DNA of 64,000 nt from the NCBI GenBank assembly GCA_016932495.1, contig JAFGCR010000002.1, positions 8,519 to 72,518 of the forward strand. The letters run 5' to 3'. The position numbers and the translations under genes were made by a program. Source of the stretch: Candidatus Peregrinibacteria bacterium (GTDB taxonomy: Bacteria > Patescibacteriota > Gracilibacteria > UM-FILTER-43-11). Positions within the stretch are counted from its first letter, which is position 1, and each line of letters begins with the position of its first letter. The notes under the pieces are model-generated. The model searched no databases. It saw only the letters and a program-made list of their open reading frames with translations, and was not told the DNA's origin. Shown here piece after piece: positions 57,641 through 64,000 of this stretch.

Positions 57641-58318
57641 TTATCTTAGCCCAATAAACACCGCCATCCTGCCCTTATCACCATTCCGGTGCGAAAAATA
57701 TCGGTTTAGATTGCAATTGGTACATTCTTTTACAATTTCTATCTGGTTTTCAGGAACGCCAACCTCTTTTAACTGCTGTAAACTGAGGGACCAAAAATCC
57801 ACATTTTTACCTTTGATAAAAGGGTGAACAAATTCCGGCAGTTCTTTTTCCGGATCGCTGAACTGCGCACAGCAAGGTCCTAAAGAAGGGCTGATCCCGA
57901 TTACTAGGTCAGCGGGATTGCTGCCAAAAACCTGCCCCATCTTTTTTACTGTCTTGCCGATAATATTTAATACAGAACTTTTCCAGCCTGAGTGTATTGC
58001 CGCGATGCTATTGGTTTTTGGATCAAAGATTAAAACCCCCTGGCAATCCGCCACCTTAATGCCGAGCGGCAGGGTTTTTTTCTGAGTAATGAGGGCGTCG
58101 GCTTCGAAAGGCTGATCCGGCCGTTCGGTTATCAACATTATTTTATCTCCATGTACTTGTTTATTAAAGATCGGATTAACAGGCAATTTATTTTTTTGTT
58201 TTTCAAAATCCGCCTCTTCATTATTAAAAGACCCAAGTGGTTTAGTGGTTATGCCGTGAATCAGTTGGCCGGAAAACGGCTTAAACAGGTTGAATTCCAG
58301 GATCATTTTAATCGTCAT
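57641..58318 (-). CDS. pgeF: YfiH/PgeF (laccase-domain) family protein
   Basis: QVHG, ADALIT, VADC, IHSGW, FSHR. Confidence 0.9.
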   Translation of the reverse strand: MTIKMILEFNLFKPFSGQLIHGITTKPLGSFNNEEADFEKQKNKLPVNPIFNKQVHGDKIMLITERPDQPFEADALITQKKTLPLGIKVADCQGVLIFDPKTNSIAAIHSGWKSSVLNIIGKTVKKMGQVFGSNPADLVIGISPSLGPCCAQFSDPEKELPEFVHPFIKGKNVDFWSLSLQQLKEVGVPENQIEIVKECTNCNLNRYFSHRNGDKGRMAVFIGLR

Positions 58319-59084
58319 CTTTAAGAAGCAATCGGGGGATCAGTTCAATCAGTTCCACGGCGCGTAGGTTTGCCTGTTTTTCCGCCAGGCAGTCCGCCGC
58401 CTCTCCTAATGTGTGGGCCGCAATGTGGCAGGCGTCCACCGGTTCATGCCCCTGGGCCATCAGGCCGGCGATCAATCCGCTTAAAACATCTCCTGTCCCC
58501 CCCACAGTCATCAGGGCATTACCGGTTTTGTTGATAATAAGGTCCTCTTTGCCGGCAATGATGTCTTCGGGGCCTTTAACAATCATTGTGGCTTTAAAAT
58601 GTTTGGCCCATTTCTGGACATTCTCCGGTGTGGGTTCGTCTTTGGTCATTTCTTTAAATTCCCCACGGTGTGGCGTTAGCACCGCTGTTTTAGGCAATGT
58701 GTTCGTATAGATCAGCGCGTCCGCATCCACGACCGTTGGTTTTTCCAGCCTGCTCAGCAGTTCTTTGACGGCCTTTTGGGTTTCTTTCGCCTCCCCCAAT
58801 CCCGGTCCGATGACCACCGCATCCGCTTTTTCACTAAAATCCAGGATCCGTTTGACGTCCGCAGAAATCAGATGGTCTTTTTCGAAAGTCTGCAGAATAA
58901 AATTCAGCGAATAAGTCCTTGCCACTTGGGCATGGCAGGGAGGTATAAATGGGAACACCAAATCCACTCCTGAATACTCGGCACCCAGAGAACATAAAAT
59001 CGGCGCGCCGTGGAATAGGGCGCTTCCGCCGATGACCATTACTTTTCCGTTCTGGCCTTTGTAACTGTCTTCTTTTCTTTGCAT
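58308..59084 (-). CDS. nnrD: ADP-dependent NAD(P)H-hydrate dehydratase
   Basis: IGPGLG, VVDADAL, LTPH.GEF, GGTGDVLSG. Confidence 0.93.
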   Translation of the reverse strand: MQRKEDSYKGQNGKVMVIGGSALFHGAPILCSLGAEYSGVDLVFPFIPPCHAQVARTYSLNFILQTFEKDHLISADVKRILDFSEKADAVVIGPGLGEAKETQKAVKELLSRLEKPTVVDADALIYTNTLPKTAVLTPHRGEFKEMTKDEPTPENVQKWAKHFKATMIVKGPEDIIAGKEDLIINKTGNALMTVGGTGDVLSGLIAGLMAQGHEPVDACHIAAHTLGEAADCLAEKQANLRAVELIELIPRLLLKDDD

Positions 59085-59254
59085 TTTTATATTATTAGGG
59101 TTTATTTTGTTGAAAATTTGAAAACTTGACTTACATTTTTGCTGTTTTCACTTTTCCTACTAGAACAACTGTAATGCCGACAAACTTGAAAACTTTTTGG
59201 TAATTTGATTTATTTAGAAAAAGAGTTTTCAAGTTTTCACAGTTTTCAAATTTT

Positions 59255-60130
59255 TTAAAAAGGGGAAAGCGGAAGGATCTGCACTTCCGGTTCCATGTTT
59301 ACATTAAATTTATCTTTGACTTTCTGGTGGATCTTGAGGGCAAGGGTTAGGATGTCTTTCGAGGCGGCATTGCCTGTATTGATAATAAAGTTGGCGTGTT
59401 TGGGCGATACGATGGCGTCTCCTTCCTGCATCCCCTTGCATCCGGCCTGGTCGATCAGCCAGCCCGCGGAAGGGAATTGGCTCGGGTTTTTGAAAAAGCT
59501 GCCGCACGTGTTGCCGACAGGCTGTTTAGCGGCGCGTTCACGGATGTACTGGCCGATTTCCGCGCGGATCTTAACACTTGGCTCCATCCGCATTTTAAGG
59601 GTGGCGGACAGCACAATGTCTTTATTCTTTTTGAGTTTGCTATGCCGGTAGCCGAACTGAAAATACTCCGGCCCCACAATCACTGGCTTATCGCCGTGCC
59701 CGGGCAGAATAACCGCGTGGGTCAGCACATCGCTAATGCAGACATCCGGAATTCCTGCGTTTCCGTAAACCGCTCCGCCGACCGTACCCGGGATGTTCGC
59801 CAGTCCGGAAAGCCCTCCTAAATTATGCTGGGCCGCGATCAGGATCATTTTAGTGAGATTTACTCCGCCCTCCACCGTTACGCGGTCCCCCTGGATCTGC
59901 ATCCGGCTCATTTTATTGTGGATGATGAGCCCCGGATAGCCTTCGTCTAAAAACAGCACGTTACTTCCCATTCCCAGAATCACAAAAGGGATCTGTCTTT
60001 TAACGGCAAACTCCCTGAGGTAGTGCATTTCCTGGGCGGTTTTGGCTTCCGCGAAATATTTGGCCGGTCCGCCCGTCCGAAAGGTGGTGAATTCCCTGAG
60101 TGAGATGTTTTCTTTGACTTGTAAATCCAT
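59255..60130 (-). CDS. murB: UDP-N-acetylenolpyruvoylglucosamine reductase
   Basis: GSNVL, IPGTVGGAVYGNAG, GSFFKNP, HANFIIN. Confidence 0.96.
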   Translation of the reverse strand: MDLQVKENISLREFTTFRTGGPAKYFAEAKTAQEMHYLREFAVKRQIPFVILGMGSNVLFLDEGYPGLIIHNKMSRMQIQGDRVTVEGGVNLTKMILIAAQHNLGGLSGLANIPGTVGGAVYGNAGIPDVCISDVLTHAVILPGHGDKPVIVGPEYFQFGYRHSKLKKNKDIVLSATLKMRMEPSVKIRAEIGQYIRERAAKQPVGNTCGSFFKNPSQFPSAGWLIDQAGCKGMQEGDAIVSPKHANFIINTGNAASKDILTLALKIHQKVKDKFNVNMEPEVQILPLSPF

Positions 60131-60152
60131 GATGTTGTAATCTTACAACTTT

Positions 60153-61619
60153 TTACAACTTTTGTAAAGCAAAATCCAGTCGTTTCAGCACTTCTTCTTT
60201 TCCCAGATATACCATCAATGTCGAAAAATTAGGAGAATGCTCCTGCCCGGAAAGGGCCACACGGACCGGCCACAGTACCTGACCGTTTTTCAGCCTCAGC
60301 CCACTGACCAGCTCCATCATCTTTTCTGCCAGTTCCGCTGATTTGCCGCTGTCGCCTTTTTCCCATTCCAATTCACTGACCACTTCTTTCGCTTTTTCCA
60401 AAACTTTTTTCAGCATGTCTTTGGTGATCTGGAATTTGCCGCGCATGATCAGGTCGAGCGGATAATCCGGCAGCTTATTGAATAAAACCGATAATTCATC
60501 GGGAATTTCGGACAGTTTTTTAAACCGGCCTTCAAAGTCGGGATCTTTCAGGATCTTTTTAATCAATTCGGGGTTGTCCGGGATTTTGTTTTTCAGACAG
60601 GGTACCAGTTTTTTGTAAAATACATCGACGTCATCCGCTATTTCTTTTTTTATGTATTCGCCATTGATCCAATCCAGCTTCTTGATATCAAAAACCGCTC
60701 CGCCTTTATGCACACGATCGAGGGAAAACTGTCCAATGAGTTCCTCCATGCTGAAGATCTCCTGTTCGGTTCCCGGGTTCCAGCCCAGCAAGGCTAAAAA
60801 GTTGATGAGCGCTTCCGGCAGATAACCTTCCTTCAGATAATCGTCCACCGATACCTTGTTTTTCCGTTTGCTGAGCTTACTTTTATCCTCATTTAAAATG
60901 AGCGGAAGGTGGGCGAATTCAGGGAGCTCCCATCCGAACGCCTCAAAAATCAGGATCTGTTTGGGGGTGTTACTGATATGGTCTTCTCCGCGGATCACAT
61001 GGGTGATTTCCATATCATGATCGTCCGCCACCACGGTCAGATGATACAGCGGGTCGTCGATAGTCCGCGCAATCACAAAGTCATCCAGTTCTTTGCTGTT
61101 TATTACCGTTTCCCCGCGCACCAGATCGTTCCACTTAATATCCCCGCGGTCTTTCGGCACCCGCAGCCGGATTACTCCTTTTTCGCCATTCGTAATCCGT
61201 TTTTTAGCGTTTCCGGGGCTGATTTCAGAACAACACCCGTCGTAACGCGGAGCCCGTTTTTCCTTTTCACATTTTTGACGCATTTCTTCCAGGCGCTCCT
61301 TGGTACAAAAGCAGTAATAGGCTTTGTCTTCATCCAGTAATTTCTGAAGGTATTTCTGATAAATACCGGTTCGCTCGCTTTGCCGGTATCCTTTTGTGCC
61401 TAAATGCACACCTTCATCGCCCGCCAGCCCCAGCGCCACTAAGCCATTGATAATATCGTCTTCAAATTCTTTGGTACTGCGCTCCTTATCCGTGTCTTCC
61501 ATCCGGAAAACCATCGTGCCGCCGTTGTGTTTAGCGAAAAGGTGATTATACAGAGCGGTTCGTACAGTGCCGATGTGAAGAAGGCCGGTGGGAGAAGGGG
61601 GGATTCGGACGCGGATCAT
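60153..61619 (-). CDS. gltX: Glutamate--tRNA ligase
   Basis: PSPTG.LHIG, RGEDH, KLSKR. Confidence 0.97.
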   Translation of the reverse strand: MIRVRIPPSPTGLLHIGTVRTALYNHLFAKHNGGTMVFRMEDTDKERSTKEFEDDIINGLVALGLAGDEGVHLGTKGYRQSERTGIYQKYLQKLLDEDKAYYCFCTKERLEEMRQKCEKEKRAPRYDGCCSEISPGNAKKRITNGEKGVIRLRVPKDRGDIKWNDLVRGETVINSKELDDFVIARTIDDPLYHLTVVADDHDMEITHVIRGEDHISNTPKQILIFEAFGWELPEFAHLPLILNEDKSKLSKRKNKVSVDDYLKEGYLPEALINFLALLGWNPGTEQEIFSMEELIGQFSLDRVHKGGAVFDIKKLDWINGEYIKKEIADDVDVFYKKLVPCLKNKIPDNPELIKKILKDPDFEGRFKKLSEIPDELSVLFNKLPDYPLDLIMRGKFQITKDMLKKVLEKAKEVVSELEWEKGDSGKSAELAEKMMELVSGLRLKNGQVLWPVRVALSGQEHSPNFSTLMVYLGKEEVLKRLDFALQKL

Positions 61620-61676
61620 GTTGAAAAGATTAATGCATGATTAATATACCTTATGTTGGAGAGGTGAACCACCATT

Positions 61677-61763
61677 TGTCATTTCGAGCAAAGTCGAGAA
61701 ATCTCTTCATAATAATTTAAAAAGGGATTTCTCCGTTTCGCCATGCTCCAGTCGAAATGACAA
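61677..61763. repeat. REP-like inverted element
   Basis: ttgtcatttcga...gagaaatctc ... gggatttctc...tcgaaatgacaa. Confidence 0.7.
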
Positions 61764-61770
61764 AATAGGA

Positions 61771-62427
61771 TTATTCGAATACTTCTACCATCACCTTCTT
61801 CATTACTACATCGGTGGTCGGTTTGTCCCGGCCGTCCCGTTCCACGTTTGCGATGGCATCGACCACATCCATACCTTCAAATACCTGTCCGAATACGGTG
61901 TGATGGCCGTCCAGCCATGGGGTGGCTTCGGCGTGGACGATGAAGAACTGACTGCCGTTGGTGTTGGGACCGGCATTGGCCATGGAAAGCGCTCCCTGAA
62001 TATTTTTCAGGTCGGGATGGAACTCATCTTCGAATTTTCCGCCCCATAAACTTTCTCCGCCCATGCCGGTTCCGGTCGGGTCGCCGCCCTGGATCATGAA
62101 ATCCGGGATGACACGGTGGAAAATAATGCCGTCGTAATAACCTTTTTCAATCAAACCCACAAAATTTTCAACGGTTTTCGGCGCTTTCAGCGGGAAGAGT
62201 TTGATTTTGATCGTTCCCATATTCGTTTCGATTACAGCGATCTGGTCGCCGGCTTCTGGTGGGGCGGTTTGGTTAAATACGGGCATAGCATCGGGGTTAG
62301 TGGTAGTCATAGCGGCTTCAGATGGTCCGTCCTGAAAGACTTTGCTCAGCTCTTCCTCGGGTGAGGTGCCGCAGGCGGTGAGCAAAACAAAAGAGAGGGC
62401 CATCAGAAAAATAGATACTTTTTTCAT
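61771..62427 (-). CDS. Cyclophilin-type peptidyl-prolyl isomerase, lipoprotein
   Basis: Lipobox [33 protein letters not shown]. Confidence 0.95.
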   Translation of the reverse strand: MKKVSIFLMALSFVLLTACGTSPEEELSKVFQDGPSEAAMTTTNPDAMPVFNQTAPPEAGDQIAVIETNMGTIKIKLFPLKAPKTVENFVGLIEKGYYDGIIFHRVIPDFMIQGGDPTGTGMGGESLWGGKFEDEFHPDLKNIQGALSMANAGPNTNGSQFFIVHAEATPWLDGHHTVFGQVFEGMDVVDAIANVERDGRDKPTTDVVMKKVMVEVFE

Positions 62428-62447
62428 GATGATTTAATTAAAAACTA

Positions 62448-62909
62448 TTAAAAGCTATAAGGTAAGCAGGCTCCTTTATGGCTGACTGTACAACCACCCA
62501 CGCCTGTAATCAGGTTGTCTGGACTATTTCCCATTATATAAGCTTCATAAGTTCCATCCTCATTTTCAATTGTTGCCGCAATTTGGTATTTATTAAGCGT
62601 AACAGGTTTTGGTTCGTATTTATAGTTGTAAGTTGTTGCTTCCGTTGAGGAAGGATCTGTTGGTAATTGAGGCATTAGGTTTGGCACAAGTTCTGCTAAG
62701 CTACCAGGATATTTATTATTATGTTCAATAAAATAGATTTCCAGAGAGCTCTGTATAGACGATAGATCTTGAAGTCTTCTTGAATTTCTTGCTTTTGACG
62801 TTTGTCCACCAAAGGCACTATAAGCCGCTACTGAAAGAATTGCCATAATCGTGATTACCACGAGGAGTTCAACCAATGAAAATCCTTTTTTGAAATATTT
62901 TTTAAGCAT
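62448..62909 (-). CDS. Type IV pilin / GspG-like prepilin
   Basis: KKG-FSLVELLVV class III signal; C-terminal Cys pair. Confidence 0.9.
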   Translation of the reverse strand: MLKKYFKKGFSLVELLVVITIMAILSVAAYSAFGGQTSKARNSRRLQDLSSIQSSLEIYFIEHNNKYPGSLAELVPNLMPQLPTDPSSTEATTYNYKYEPKPVTLNKYQIAATIENEDGTYEAYIMGNSPDNLITGVGGCTVSHKGACLPYSF

Positions 62910-63031
62910 GGTCGTTTTTTAAATTTTTAACACATCTATTGTATCTATTCGCTCTGGGAAAGGCAAATTTTATTTTAGATCTAATATCTACTATCTGGTA
63001 TCTGATAGCTGATATCTAATATTTAAAAATA

Positions 63032-63116
63032 GGTGGGGCCCCTTCATTGAAGGGGGGTAAAAATAAAGAAGGGGAAAAAGAAAAATATATAAAAAGAAAA
63101 AGAAAAGAAAGAAAAT
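63032..63116 (+). repeat. Hairpin plus polypurine dispersed repeat, copy F
   Basis: GGGGCCCCTTCATTGAAGGGGGGTAA...GAAGGGGAAAAAGAAAAA...AAAGAAAGAAA. Confidence 0.7.
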
Positions 63117-63152
63117 ATTTCAGATTTCTGATTTCTGATTTATCATTGGGTT

Positions 63153-63716
63153 ATGAAGCTGATCGTCGGTTTAGGAAATCCCGGGAAACAATACGAAAAA
63201 ACCCGTCACAATGCGGGGTTTATGGCAGTGGATTTTTTAGCGGAGCATTTTGGATTGGAATTTAAAAAATCCGACAAACACAAATGTGAACTGGCAGAAG
63301 GACAATTGCTTGATGAGAAGGCCATTTTACTCAAACCGCAGACGTTTATGAATCTCTCGGGCCAATCGGTTCAGTCCGTGGTCAGTTTTTATAAGATCGA
63401 TCTGTCCGATATCATCGTGATTTATGATGATGTGGATATCCCTTCCGGAAATTTAAAAGTCCGGCCGTCCGGTTCGCCGGGCACCCATAACGGTATGCGG
63501 TCGGTTACTCAGCTACTGGGTAGTGAGGAATTTATCCGTATCCGTTTGGGCATTGCTCCGCTCACTGAATTCAAAGGCCAGCTGGAGGATTATGTTCTGG
63601 GCAAATTGTCTGAAGAAGAGGAAAGTCTGATGCAGGGGAATGTCAAAAAACTCCCCGTCCTTTTCGAAACACTTTTTGATAAGGGAATTGAAGAAGCGAT
63701 GCAGGAGTTTAATTGA
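63153..63716 (+). CDS. pth: Peptidyl-tRNA hydrolase
   Basis: GLGNPG..Y..TRHNAGF, KPQTFMNLSG, HNGM. Confidence 0.97.
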   Translation: MKLIVGLGNPGKQYEKTRHNAGFMAVDFLAEHFGLEFKKSDKHKCELAEGQLLDEKAILLKPQTFMNLSGQSVQSVVSFYKIDLSDIIVIYDDVDIPSGNLKVRPSGSPGTHNGMRSVTQLLGSEEFIRIRLGIAPLTEFKGQLEDYVLGKLSEEEESLMQGNVKKLPVLFETLFDKGIEEAMQEFN

Positions 63717-63721
63717 TTTTT

Positions 63722-64000
63722 ATGCCTAAACCCAAACCGGATTCACTTATCGCCAAACAGTTCAAGGCCGTTTTAAGACGGGATGTTTTAATCGCCCTGA
63801 TCATTCTGATCCCGGTCGGTTTTATCGTCTATGGCGTTTTTCATTGGGTGTTCATCCGCTCCAAAGACTGCGCTTATAACACCTTTCTTCTGTCCATTTC
63901 CCTGGTAATCGTCGGCGTTGTACTCGAGTTTGCTAACTGGCGGTGCCCCAAATGTCATCGGTATATCGGGATGGTCTATCGCCCCCGGTTTTGTCCGCGA
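63722..64000 (+). CDS. Partial membrane protein with C-terminal zinc ribbon
   Basis: Open to window end; two TM segments then WRCPKC...FCPR. Confidence 0.65.
   Translation, partial: MPKPKPDSLIAKQFKAVLRRDVLIALIILIPVGFIVYGVFHWVFIRSKDCAYNTFLLSISLVIVGVVLEFANWRCPKCHRYIGMVYRPRFCPR

Noticed and set aside
447..63142. CRISPR array
   Set aside because: Repeat units are 7-12 nt, contiguous and without unique spacers; no cas genes.
22614..63716. Genetic code 25 (TGA=Gly, Gracilibacteria/Absconditabacteria)
   Set aside because: TGA ends adk, ntpI, ntpK, ntpD, trxB and pth at expected positions, and conserved genes have no in-frame TGA.

Overview
Bacterial chromosome segment that looks like Patescibacteria/CPR, Peregrinibacteria-like by inference: rpmD/uL30 is missing, tuf abuts rpsJ, most genes lack a Shine-Dalgarno, and TGA is used as stop. 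It holds three secreted Cys-rich adhesin/fibre-like genes, then tuf and the S10-spc-alpha ribosomal superoperon. That operon is split after rpsJ by a nucleotidyltransferase / CDP-alcohol phosphatidyltransferase / HAD islet. Further on are housekeeping genes (dgt, nrdR, S41 protease, dnaJ, ldh, DinG-exonuclease, trxB, infC-rpmI-rplT, murB, gltX, pth) and a complete, probably Na+-coupled, V/A-type ATPase operon. The most unusual item is a ~530-nt promoter-to-terminator non-coding unit (39.23-39.77 kb) with three irregular tRNA-like RNAs. Two have the anticodon arm extended and the cognate triplet masked by pairing; the third has an Ala anticodon on a non-Ala acceptor stem. Other non-genic signals: many intergenic inverted tandem-repeat arrays with periods 7-12 that fill stop-to-start spacers, a strand-polarised hairpin plus polypurine repeat family, and an unannotated 39-aa type-I-toxin-like ORF. 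All calls come from reading motifs by eye; no database searches were run.
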